Part shown: positions 24,918-37,520 of the stretch, in pieces | Layout of the letters: the number at the start of each line of letters is the position of its first letter | How positions within the stretch are numbered: position 1 is the first letter of the stretch | From: Octopus bimaculoides | Taxonomy: Eukaryota | Direction of reading: 5' to 3' | NCBI RefSeq assembly: GCF_001194135.2 | Contig: NC_069000.1 | Span: forward strand, 22,141,813-22,205,812 | Length of the DNA stretch: 64,000 nucleotides | Notes under the pieces: model-generated | Seen by the model: only the letters and a program-made list of their open reading frames with translations | What the model was told of the DNA's origin: nothing | The model's database searches: none | Program-made: the position numbers and the translations under genes

Positions 24918-25252
24918 TAGGCTTGGTGGTTAGAGCATTGGGGCTCACAATCATGTGGTAGTGAGTTCGGATTCCTAGACTGGGCTGTGTGTTGTGTTCT
25001 TGAGCAAGACACTTTGTTTCATGTTGTTCCAGTTCACTCAGCTGTAGAAATGAGTCATGGCATCACCGGTGCCAAGCTGTATCAGCCTTTGCCTTTCCCT
25101 TGGATAACATCAGTGGTGTGGAGAGGGGAGGATGGTATGCATGGGTGACTGCTGGTCTTCCACAAACAACCTTGCCTGGACATGTGTCTAGAAGGGTAAT
25201 TTTCTAGGTACAATCCCAAGGTCATTCAAGACCAAAGGGGAGTCTTTACCCT
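24918..25252 (+). mobile_element. tRNA-derived SINE family D
   Basis: tggtggttagagcattggggctcacaatcatgtggtagtgagttcggattcc; V-SINE/CORE-like tgttgtgttcttgagcaagacacttt; highly similar to 53015-53355. Confidence 0.85.
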
Positions 25253-25280
25253 TTTCCTAATGTGTGTGTGCATGTATATA

Positions 25281-25321
<41 letters not shown>

Positions 25322-25322
<1 letters not shown>

Positions 25323-25590
25323 GGTGCAGGCATTCTGGGTTCAGCTCAACTGCATGGCACCTTGGTCAAGTGTCTTGTATTATAGCTTAAAACAGACCAA
25401 AGCCTTGCGAGTAGTTTTGGTAAATGGAAACTGAAAGAAGCCCATCATATGTGTGTGTGTGTGTGTGTCCCTATGTATGTGTTTGTCCTCCATCACCACC
25501 TGACAACTGGTAGTGATTTGTTTACATTCCCTGTAACTTAGCGTTTCAGCAAAAGACACCAATAGAATAAGTCTGAGGTCTTAAAAAGAA
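25322..25590 (+). mobile_element. SINE family B copy
   Basis: ggtgcaggc...ggcaccttggtcaagtgtcttg...ccaaagccttgcgagt...gtaacttagcg. Confidence 0.8.
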
Positions 25591-25849
25591 GTGCTTTTTT
25601 ATATCTTGACCACCACGCGTCTATTATTCATTTCACATAAATACAAGATGAGAACATACAATGTTTTATATTTGTACATATACATGCACAACATTCTATA
25701 GAATTCTCAATAACTTGTAGTAAACAAAATCCCTCTTAACATCTAGCATAACAGACTTGGACAGCTTAGTGGATTCAACTGCTGAGAGTTACATGGTTTG
25801 ACCACAGGGACATATTGGCATAATGGTGATTTGATATGAGTGTTTGTCT

Positions 25850-26450
25850 AAAACTCTACTAAATGAGCCATCTACACGAACAGTGTTGCAATAGTAGGTG
25901 TCTCTTCTTTATACATCAGTCAATGCTTCTCATTCACAACTTACCAACCTGAGTTAATCATAAACTTACAAACATTCAACAGACTGCATCTCTCTGCAAA
26001 TTTCATTCACAGACGTCTCCTTGTTGAACTTCTCAGAAGCATCATAACAACATTATACATACATCTCATATAATTTAGTCACATACCCACAACCGTTTGT
26101 CCCTTAATCACAATTTATCCTGACTAACCCTTACCTAGCAGAGATTACATCACAATATGAACTCACATTCCTCCTTGGCACTCACTCTTTCACCTTCATT
26201 GTGGCACTTATAGCAGCTGAAACTCTTTATCTTTAAACTTCTTGCTTGTTTAACATTTTTCCATTCCCTCCCTCCACCACTTTGTACTTTCTTCCTCTGT
26301 CTTACCCCTCTCTCCTGCACCCTCTACCTTGGCCATATTAACTTCCACTTTAAGAAAAGAAGTAAGCCATTTAGGAGACCAGTTCTCTTCCACATAAAAT
26401 CAATATGCGATGAATGGAGATACTGAATCAAGAAAGTCTGCTCTGGTCGT
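25850..26450 (+). mobile_element. Possible Penelope-like (GIY-YIG) 3' remnant
   Basis: Frameshifted AIY...C..RC..SLYISQ and ELTFLLGTH pieces, then a pyrimidine tract and a decayed hammerhead-like string gcgatgaatgga...tcaagaaagtc. Confidence 0.3.
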
Positions 26451-26773
26451 ACACACCTGGTCCATCCTCCATTAGTTGTTGGATAGACATTGTAAAATTC
26501 CATCCAAAACCATCACAATTTCAAAAGTAATCAAAGCAAACTATTTTTTCATCATAATTTTATTTACTTTCGTCAATATAATCATCAAACCACTGCTGTC
26601 ACCACCACCACCTCCACCACCACTAATATTACATTTATTACTATACACAGAGCCACCGAATAATATGGCTGACACCAGAAAAACTTTCTTTTCACTGATG
26701 TAGTTAAATTTGATTGGTTGAAAGCATGTGAAGAGAATCGGCAGTGTGAGTAACAATAAAACCACTGGATGTG

Positions 26774-26810
<37 letters not shown>

Positions 26811-27029
26811 TACATACATAATATGTATAAACTTACAGGACATTTTAACATGCACACTATATTGACCAATGGAATTCCTGTTAACACAGGACAGCTATGA
26901 CTAATAAGGGAGTGCTGTGTGATGTGATGTAACATATTACACAGAAGATATGGGTAAGAATTAAACCTGCAAAGATGCATACCTATAAGGGTGACAACAT
27001 CACCTTTAAACCAAACTCTATGTGTTTTA

Positions 27030-27210
27030 CAATTCATGATGCATTTCTGCAATGCAATGCTGCCAACATATCACATTTCATGATGTACTCTCACATATAT
27101 TTCACATTTCATGATGTGCAACTGCATATATCTCATATTTCACGACATACTTTCATCGATATTTGGACATAATGCACTACTGCAAATATATCTTGTGATG
27201 AACTGCCCAG
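27030..27210. repeat. Degenerate minisatellite (~30-bp unit catatatctcacatttcatgatgtgcaactg)
   Basis: cacatttcatgatgt recurs at ~27072 and 27103, with degraded flanking copies. Confidence 0.55.
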
Positions 27211-28524
27211 TGCACATACCATAAATCCAAAAATAATGAATCCGCACAAATTACATAAAGCAAGTTGTGACATTCCTGCTACACAGTAGGACATCTAATT
27301 GATTTAGATGCAGAACATAACTCATCAAAAGATGATACTACTCACATGCAAAAGAATGAAAGAAAGCAGTGTCACATAGGAATAATAAACAAATGTGACT
27401 TGGAACTGTAGACTCCCTCTAGGAAATGTCACACACACACAATAAATATACAGTTTCATATCTTATGATAAGAAACCAATTAAGGATGTGTCCCCATTGG
27501 AGCAGAGTAACAGGATATCATTTAATTTGTAGAGTTTGGCCAAAGTATCTAATTAGTACTGGGGATAGAGAAGTTGTAATGGTAATGGAGGTGGTGGTGG
27601 TGGTAGGTGTATCCGATGGAGGTATCAGTTGTGAGGGGAGAGGAAAGAGATTGAAATAGACAGAGAGGTAAAGGAAAGGGGGGGTATAAGAGAGAGTGAA
27701 ACACCAGATGAAGAAAGGTAAGAGGGAAGTAGTAGTGGCAGTAGTTGTAGTTAGAGGGGGGGATTTGGAGGTGGGTTGAAATGGAGGGGTTGGAGGAGAC
27801 ATTGATGTATGAGGAAAAAGGGTCAGAGGAGAGCAGAAGTGGGGGGAAGATATAAAAGTTTGGGGGGTGGATGTGAAGTGCTAAGATGAAGGTGGACAGA
27901 GGAGAGTTTAGAGGACAGAATAATGTTAAATGATGTAAAGAGAATCACTGCATTTTTGATTAATATCTAGTGCATGTGAGTAGGTGGGGGTGGGGTGGGG
28001 GGTGGATGAAAGATCTCTTTAGAAACCTTAATGTCTAAACTGTGCCTTTTAATGGTTATTGGCTCTCTGAATGGACCATAAAAAATAAGGTTTGGGGAGA
28101 GAGAGAGAGAGAGATTTGAAGTTGTCGACTGTAAGGTGCAGGGGGATAAAAGTGTCTGCGCGAGTGGGGAATGTTTAGGATGCACACAGCTGCAAGATAT
28201 GTGAATTTGTGTGTGTGTGTGTATGTGTGTGAAACTGTTCCTTCATAAATAGTTGGAAAAGATTATATTAATTTAAATGTACATATTTCTTGACAATAAA
28301 AAAAAAAAAAACACTACCAGATAACCTTTGATCGACCCAGACACCTTAAGTGTTAGGATAGCTACCCAACTGTTTATGAAAAATGCAAACTTTTTGATCC
28401 AGAATTCTGGATATACACATGTAAAATTGACCCATGCCAGCATGGAAAATGGATGTTAAAGGATGATGATGATGATGACAATGATGATGATGATGATGAT
28501 GACAATGATGATGATGATATGCCT

Positions 28525-28666
28525 AACTTCCCAAACACATTGATTCAGGTTCAGTCCCAATACCTGGTAACTTGGAGCAAGTGTCTGCAAAAGCTCTAGG
28601 CCAACCAAAGACTTGTGAATGGATTTGGTAGACCAAAACTGAAGAAACTATGTCATGTGTATATAA

Positions 28667-28701
<35 letters not shown>

Positions 28702-28950
28702 GACATCATCTGATGGTTGTAAATTGTCTTACAAATGAATATTTCCTTCATAACCAGACATGTCTTCCATGAAAACAAAAAACAAACAAAAAAAAATGCC
28801 TGGCTCTGGGGAGATATTATTACCTTGCCTGGAAACAGGTGAGAGTTGGCAAAAAGGAAGGACATCCAGGCAGAAAATCTGCCTCAAAAATAAATCCTGT
28901 CTGATTCATGCAAGTATGGAAATGTGGATATTAAATAATAATGATGATGA
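28525..28950 (+). mobile_element. Composite SINE: family B head plus RTE-like tail
   Basis: B head, (TG)n, then ggggagatattattaccttgcctggaaacaggtgagagttggc...catgcaagtatggaaatgtgga...(gat)n. A similar tail occurs at 29190-29320(+) and 1611-1735(-). Confidence 0.65.
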
Positions 28951-30581
28951 TGTGTGTGTACGTAAGTGTATGCATATGTGTGTGTTTCCCCCATGTTCAC
29001 TGGTTTGTAAACAATAACTTCCTGCCAGTGTCATTGGCTGGCAGCCCACCATAAACAGACATCTGATCTTCCTGGCATGTCTTGACATGGTGTGTGATCT
29101 TTGCAAACAAAATGCTTCTTAAATGGAGTTTTTTGTTTCCGGTTCCGTGCATAAAACATGTCCAGGAAGTTAGCTGTTCAATAAACTGAGAGATTATCAC
29201 CTCACCTGGAAACAAATAGAGGTTGGTGACAGGAAGGGCATCCAGCTGTAGAAAAATTCTGTTGCAATGCAATCTCATTTGATCCATGCAAGCATGAAAA
29301 ACTAGACATTAAAAGGATGAAATATTATATCAAAAGTATCATTGGTTGTAGTTTTTCAATGGGTCGATCATTAGTCCACTACATGGTGGAAGTGACACAA
29401 AGGTGGGTCTATGCATCTCAGTACAGAACAAAATATCTCAGGGAATCTCACTTAAAGAACAATTTTTTTTTTGGCATTTCTTACAAATCTTTTCATCCTT
29501 CACTGATCTACACAGGTAGAAAATATACATATATTCAACAACCATGTGTGTATATAAACAAACATTTGTGTTATTAGAAGTGTTGAATGTGTATTGTACA
29601 CTACAGACAAGAAAGTGATATTTCGAATGCAATATCATTAGAACAACAGAAAAAATTAAGTATTATTACCCTTACAAGGTGGAAAAATTTGTCAACAAAC
29701 AACCATAGGAGATGAACCCACATTCCCCAAGACACCGGTTGAGTGCTTTACCAGTAAGCTAAACTGTCAAAACATATTTTTATCAGTCCATACACATACA
29801 ATCATTTAGAAGCCTAAACCTAAAAGGTGATATTGTATTTTAAGCCATATATGATTTTCAAAAGCTCCCAACATCTTTCAATATTAAATGGAAAATGTTA
29901 TTTTGGACAGAATCTACACAATAAAAAGCTATGTCAACACAGCAATTTCGAATCATGAAATTCTATTTCTAATCTTGCATTATTTAATTAGTTTCGTCTT
30001 GCAAACATTGAGACTTTTGAACTTCAAAATACTTGAAACCTATTATAGTGCCTAATAAGTAATATTATACTTTATATACATTCAAACTTTCTTCTAGTAC
30101 ATAAGCATGTTTTTTAGCACCAAAAACAAAAAACAAAAAACTTCAACATAAACTTAATCTTCATAACCAAATAAACTCAGATATTTTACTATGATAGAGT
30201 TGCAATTTTTATTACTCACAACTTCCTATTAAACCTTCTTTCTATTGATTAGACCTATTTACCGAAATACTAAGTTTCACAACCCTGTTTGAGTATACTT
30301 GCTTGTTCTTATATACACTTTTAAAAAGATATTTTTTATAATTTCCCTTTAACACAATTTATTAACTATTTTTCAAAACACACACACACAAACACAATGA
30401 GCAACTTTCAGTTTCTCTCTACCAAATTCAAAATCCATTCACAAAGCATCAGTTGACCAGGGGTTACGATAAAGGACACTTGTCTAAGGAGCTATGGGAC
30501 TGAACCTGAGATCATATGATCAAGAAGCAAGCTTCTTAGCTACACATCCATATTTGCCTCCTCTCTCTCTTTCTCTCTCAC

Positions 30582-30612
<31 letters not shown>

Positions 30613-31273
30613 TTCTGTCACATATAATACACAAGATAATTGTTGTGGCAGCTGTTATTATGTCATTATATAGCTGGATGTACTTCTCACAGTAACCACT
30701 CAAGCATGGATTTAGTAAGAGTACCTTGCAGAGACACACACACAACACAGTTGTAGTGGTGAAATTTGATTATATGAAACGGTCAGTTGTCCAATATTTT
30801 ATTGACCTTACAGAGATATACACACAAAAGGTCCTTGCAAGGGACAAAGATGAAAGAGTTTCAGAATGAAATCAAATCCTTTTTCGTTAGTTCAATTCCC
30901 GACGACTTGCACTCACTCCAAGAACACGAATAATATTTGGACAGCAGTATCAACAAGAATTAATCTGTTTTGAAAACTCACTAAAAGCTTTGCTTTGCAA
31001 CGATGATTTATATTCTTCAAATTTAGGAATGGTAAATGGACGAGAAATTTTAGCATTAGATAAAAAGAATTTTTCTGAAGAAGAGAATGAAATGAAACAA
31101 AAATGATGAAAAGGAAAAGAAAAGAACAAATTAAAATGATGATGATGATGATGATGATAAAGAAGTAAATAAATAAATCAAAATTATACATCAAAACATC
31201 TTTGTCTAAGCAATGGAAATGGAAATGGCACATTGAGAGAAATTCACCTAGCTTACAGCTGCTAAAATAGATA

Positions 31274-31320
<47 letters not shown>

Positions 31321-32645
31321 CACACACACACATACATATTTATACATCTACACACAGACAGATATACACTCACATACATATGGAGAAAGAGAGAGACAGG
31401 CAGATGGGAGAGTAGTTGTCATGGTGGAGGTGGTGGTGATGGGGGAGATCAAAAGTGGTTGCGATGTGTGGTGGAGGGATGTCGGTTTCACCATCCTAAT
31501 ACAGATTTGTAGTGTTTCATTTGCCAGAAAGCTTTTATTAAAAGTCTTATCAAAAGACAGCACTGTTTTGGAAAACGGGAGTTCTTTAGATTAGATTTAA
31601 TTTATTTAAAAACCCATTCCACTTATCTTTCAATAAAACCTAAGGCTTTTGAACTTGAGAGAACACTCCATTTTAAGGTGGGGGAGGGAGGGGGTGAAAA
31701 TAATGACTACACACACACACACACACATCCATAATCGCACCCATTATTTATCTAATGCATACACATGCACACATATGTACAAGTATACATTATACATAAT
31801 TTTGTCTATCCCAGAATTACACATTTACACATACTATTTGAATATCACTTGTCTATCTATGTACATTATTTTTTTCTTCTCTTTTGCATTCTATAATTAT
31901 ATGCACCATTTACATAATATACAACGATACAATCACACAATATTTCTTCTTAATCTTTCTCTCATGTACACACACACACATAGACATAGGAACGTATGTA
32001 CATGCGCACAAATAAATGCATTTTTCCTTTGCATTATTGCCATTAAGCGAATATTTAATTTCCTTAAGGCGATCCTTAAAATAATGTTTGAAAATATAAT
32101 AAAAATAAAACAAGATCCTTAAAAATAAATGTTCTTTGTCATGATGAAGGAATAGAAAAATACTGACAAAACTAAATGGAATAATTTATGAGAGAGGTTT
32201 ATATATTTATATCTACACTGAGCTGGGTTTATTAGTGAAGGATGTTTGTGTGCATGGGGTGTGGTGCTGTATATGTACTCCAAGTTGTTTGGTGTGTGAG
32301 TGTGTAGTGTAAATATAGCAGGTTATGCACACTGACATTTTTTTCTCTGTAGGATAGAGACAGTTAAATAGCTAGCAATATATATTGTATATAAAGGGTG
32401 CAGCATTGCACTGATAACCAGCTGGCGGAAGATCTGCCTGGGGTTAAACTAGCAGTAACATGGAACAGCCACTTTGATGGGGTGACTGATTTTACTTTTC
32501 AGTATAGTGACTACTCTGGTCTCTTCTTGAGATTTTACAACTAGCTATCTTGCTTGTTGCAAATCAGTAACCGATGGTCACTTTGTTTACAATATATTGC
32601 TAGCTGGAGCAGATTCTGGTTATCGCTCTGGTGGTCAGGTGCTCA

Positions 32646-32688
32646 CGACTGAGGATGAGCCAAATAGCTCGAAACTGAGTCAGTCTTG
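32646..32688 (+). ncRNA. Type I hammerhead ribozyme-like motif with extra U after A9 and near-palindromic stem III
   Basis: CGA-CTGAGGA-T-GAGC-CAAATA-GCTC-GAAA-CTGA-G-TCAG-T-C-TTG. Stem II is a perfect 4 bp, stem III is 5 bp with a 1-nt loop, the cleavage triplet is GUC, and proximal stem I is 3 bp, with a distal CAGG/CCTG helix (32636-39/32693-96). Confidence 0.7.
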
Positions 32689-32743
32689 CAATCCTGCTAA
32701 ATGCTAAAGGGTGGCAGGGGGTTTGCCTCCCACTGCCAGCAAT

Positions 32744-32808
<65 letters not shown>

Positions 32809-33335
32809 NNNNNNNNNNNNNNNNNNNNNNNNNNNNNNNNNNNNNNNNNNNNNNNNNNNNNNNNNNNNNNNNNNNNNNNNNNNNNNNNNNNNNNNNNNNN
32901 NNNNNNNNNNNNNNNNNNNNNNNNNNNNNNNNNNNNNNNNNNNNNNNNNNNNNNNNNNNNNNNNNNNNNNNNNNNNNNNNNNNNNNNNNNNNNNNNNNNN
33001 NNNNNNNNNNNNNNNNNNNNNNNNNNNNNNNNNNNNNNNNNNNNNNNNNNNNNNNNNNNNNNNNNNNNNNNNNNNNNNNNNNNNNNNNNNNNNNNNNNNN
33101 NNNNNNNNNNNNNNNNNNNNNNNNNNNNNNNNNNNNNNNNNNNNNNNNNNNNNNNNNNNNNNNNNNNNNNNNNNNNNNNNNNNNNNNNNNNNNNNNNNNN
33201 NNNNNNNNNNNNNNNNNNNNNNNNNNNNNNNNNNNNNNNNNNNNNNNNNNNNNNNNNNNNNNNNNNNNNNNNNNNNNNNNNNNNNNNNNNNNNNNNNNNN
33301 NNNNNNNNNNNNNNNNNNNNNNNNNNNNNNNNNNN

Positions 33336-33372
<37 letters not shown>

Positions 33373-36300
33373 ATATATATGAAAGAACACATAACATGTT
33401 TTTTACTACAATAAAATCAAAACGTTTTGTACTTTAGACAGGTGTCTTAAATTTTGTGTATATAATATGTCTTTAGTGAAGAGTCAATCAATGGGAATTT
33501 GTAAACCAATAATTAGAAATTCTAACATTCAATGAGCAAAGAACTTAACTCCTCCCAAATCCAGCAATATCGGTATAAGGAGAGGATAATTCTACAACTG
33601 AATACTTGTTGAAGACTATTAACATGTAGACAAATAAATCAGTCTGTTTTTCCAAATAGCCAAGAGACAGCATCCCAAAGGCTCAGGTTCTAATATCATA
33701 TCAAAACACAAATATATCTTAAGGTAGAGTACTGTTGCAGTGTTATATGTACTCTATAGATTATACTCTCCCTCAGTGGAAGAGCATAGGTTTAGATTAA
33801 GCCTTCTTTTACTGATGGGTCATGCACATTTACCTGTTCAATGTTAAACAGTATCATCTTTCAGTTTCTGCTCTTCTAACCAAACTGCCTAACCTGTATC
33901 CCTTTAAGAGCATTTAATGTAGGCACAGTCACTTTTTCCACCACACAGATCCAGAGTTAAACACTTTACTTAATCCTCCTTCAAAATTTTCACTTGCCCA
34001 AGGTGCCATACAGTGAGACTGAACCCAAAACCAAGAAGTTGGGAAGCAAGCTTCTTACCACACAGCCATGCCTGTGCTATTTATATATTTATATATATAT
34101 TCCATTGTATTGTATAATCAACTCTCAACAGTCTCCTCTATCAAAATAGGTACCATGGGGTAGTATTGTTTACTGCTGTAGACAGTGGGAATAATATAAA
34201 AAAAGTTTGCTGGCTGGCAGTGCCATCTTCAATTTCTCTTGGGAGAAAGCTAGCTGCAGTAGATCAGCAGTGAATCGAAGGGAAGTTTGTCTCATCTGAT
34301 TAACACAAAAGACACTGACAGATGGATGCTTGGAGAAATAGGATATAAGCACTAACCAAGGATCCATATGGAAACTGGACATAAGCACTGATATCTTAGA
34401 ACCTTGTAGAAAGAATTAGCAGAGGCAATGACGGTAGGATGGTAAGTTGACAGGTTTTGTAGAACATTGGGACAAAATGTCAACAAAATTTACTTATGGT
34501 CCTCTACATTCTAAGTTCAAATATTGCCAAGACTAATTTTGCTCGACTTCTAGCATTGATAAACATAAAGTTCCAGTCAAACACAAGACTTGATTTACCA
34601 CTGTTCTTATAAGGTATTCTAAGTGTGAATGGAATTATGATAGAAGACATATAACAGCAACAGTGTTTTGTATGTAAGCTATAATAATGATGATGATGAT
34701 CAGAGTTCAATTCTCAACATACATTGTCAATATTGATACAATATAGAAAGCAAAAAATCAACCATGTAAGTTTTAGACAAACTCAAGTAAGTGCAATTAA
34801 AACATTATCTCTACCATCTGCACAAACTTTAATAATAATAATAATAATAATATGAAGAGGAATGGTGACAACAACAATATAAACATTTATAAATATCAGA
34901 TTAAGTGCAGATATCAAAAGAAAAACATATCTGACTGTCAAAAACATCTAATTCAAATATGTGTGTGTGTGTATGTGTATACTTACACATACATAAATAT
35001 GCATGTATTCAGTTAAATATACACACACACATATATACATACAAACCAATATGTGTGTATGTGTGCATATGTTAGCACTGAAAAGTGGACAATTAAAAGG
35101 ATGATGATATTATTTAACGTCTACTTTTCTATGCTTGCATGGGTCAGACATTATATATATATATATATATATATGAAGATATAAAGGCAACTTGGCAATT
35201 AAAACTTCCTCAACCATCAAGTAATCAATAGCCATTTCATCTACTAATGAATTCATTGGTAATGATAGCTAAACAGAAATAAATCTACTTCCAAGTTGAA
35301 GATAACTGACACATGCAACATCAATATTTGTATTAGTAATCTGGTAGATTTCATTGAAGACAGTGTGTGGCTGATGAGTGAGGGCAGGAGTTTAGGTGTG
35401 ACTAAAGTGGTGGAAGTGGTTAGAAGTGTAAGTAAATCAAACATGGTCTGGAATGAAATCGATACATGCAGCTGGAATTGGTGTGGTGGCGGTGGGGAGG
35501 GGGGGGGGTGTCATGGCAGCGGTATGGAAATGGTAGTTGTGATCAAACTTCTGGTTATGTACATGGCCAACAGAAAGTGGCAGTAGCAGCACTGATAATA
35601 AAAGTGGTGGTGGTGGTGGTGGCGGCGGTGGTGAGAGAGAGAGAGAGAGAGAGAGAGNNNNNNNNNNNNNNNNNNNNNNNNNNNNNNNNNNNNNNNNNNN
35701 NNNNNNNNNNNNNNNNNNNNNNNNNNNNNNNNNNNNNNNNNNNNNNNNNNNNNNNNNNNNNNNNNNNNNNNNNNNNNNNNNNNNNNNGTCACCTCAATCG
35801 TTCTCCAATGTTTTTGTTTAATTGTGTTCGAGTAATTATATATATTTCTTGTCTAGATAACTTGACAGAGACAGAAGCAAGGATGTGAGACGATGAAGAG
35901 GCGGATGGTGGCAGTGGGGAGGGCAGCAAACAGTTGAACATATAACTAATTAAACCAAACAGATTTAGAGAGAGAAAGACAACGGGCGGACAGCTAGACA
36001 AATAAATCTGGCCATGGCTTTTATGTTCCGGACAGTAGATTCAATAATTGAAAATAGATATCATTGAATAAGTGCTGGTTCTAATGCAAGAAGCTATCAT
36101 ATGGTAGCAAAATGCTATGTGTTCATTTGACTGTTTAACATAGCAGTCAAATTGCCTGCAACAAATCCATTGCTTTGCAATTTAAGAATGATCACATGTA
36201 ATATTTCAAATGGGTCCAGGTTTGAAATTGAAAGTGGAAGACATTAAGATGCATGAAGAATTCGGGTTCAATTTCATTTAACTGACCTCCCTTGAAAATT

Positions 36301-36483
36301 CCCAATATCCAGTGCCTGAATGAATGGTATTGCTTCTTGAAATATGAAAAAGCCAAAACACACCAGAAATCTTTAAAGTGTTGATATGACATGTCTTGTC
36401 ACAGAATAACAAATGGTGTTTCAAAATAAACAAATTCTCCAAATATTTCAAGGTTACCAACACAGGAAAATAACTTGAGATGT

Positions 36484-36680
36484 TAAGGTAGCGAGCTGGA
36501 AGAATGTTTAACAGCATTTTGTCTTCTGTCTTTACATTCTGAGTTCAAATTCCACTGAGGTTGACTCTGCCTCTCATCCCTTCAGGATCAATAAAAGAAC
36601 TATCAGATGAACACTGAGGTCCATGTAATCGACTCCCGCCCCCCGAAAGTACTGGCCTTGTGCCAAAATGCAAAACTAAT
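36484..36680 (+). mobile_element. SINE family A, older copy
   Basis: aggtagcgagctggaagaatg...ctgagttcaaattccactgaggttgactctgcctctcatcccttcagg. Confidence 0.8.
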
Positions 36681-36799
36681 ATAACATGCCAGATTCATCT
36701 CGGGGGAAAAAAAAAAAAAAAAAAAGACATGCAATTGCAGATATATAAGGAAAAATTAAAATACACCATTACCTTTAAATCTACAGCTAATGTTTCTTT

Positions 36800-37520
36800 T
36801 ATGTTTTATTTATTTCAGCCATTGGACTGCGGTCATGTTAGGGCAATGGTTTGAAGGGTTTTAGTCAAACAAATCGACTGCAGGACACATTTTTTAAAAA
36901 TCAAGTGCTTATCTCAGTCGCTTTTACTTATGGGGACAGTTTTCAAGCAGTGGGGGGAAGGGACAGACAGAAACATAAAGGCGCGTGTATGCACACACAC
37001 AACAGGCTTCTTGCATTTTCTGTCCACTAAAACCATTTGCAAAGCTTTGGTTGGCCTGGGGCTATAGTAGATGTCATACAGTGTGACTGAACCTAAAACC
37101 ATTAGGTTGGGAAGCAAGCTTCTTACCACACAGTCATGCCTGTAGTCATAAATCATTTATCTTATATCTTTTACTGGTTTCAGTCTTTAGACTGTGGCCA
37201 TGCTGGGCATCATTTTGAAGGATTTTAGTTGATTGAACTAAGCCTAGTAATTTGTTTTAAAGCCTCGTACTTATTCTATCGACCTCTTTTATCAAGTTAT
37301 GAGGACGTAAACACACCAACACTGGTTGTCAAGTAGTAGTAGTAGTGGAGGGACAAACACACACACACCTGGAGGGGTTTTTCCGTCTACTAAATCCACT
37401 CACAAGGCTTTGGTCAGCCCAAGGCTATAGTATAAGACACTTGCCCAAGGTACCATGCAGTGGGATTGAACCCGAAACTATGTGGATGGGAAGTAAGCTT
37501 CTTACCACACAGCCATACCT
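36800..37520 (-). mobile_element. Two tandem SINE family B copies
   Basis: 36800-37145 and 37165-37520. Further fragments lie at 30405-30552(-), 33995-34075(-), 39235-39285(-) and 62330-62640(-). Confidence 0.8.

Noticed and set aside
32700-32711. AATGCTAAAGGG identical to the piggyBac MITE TIR
   Set aside because: No TTAA follows and no MITE body is present; treated as chance.
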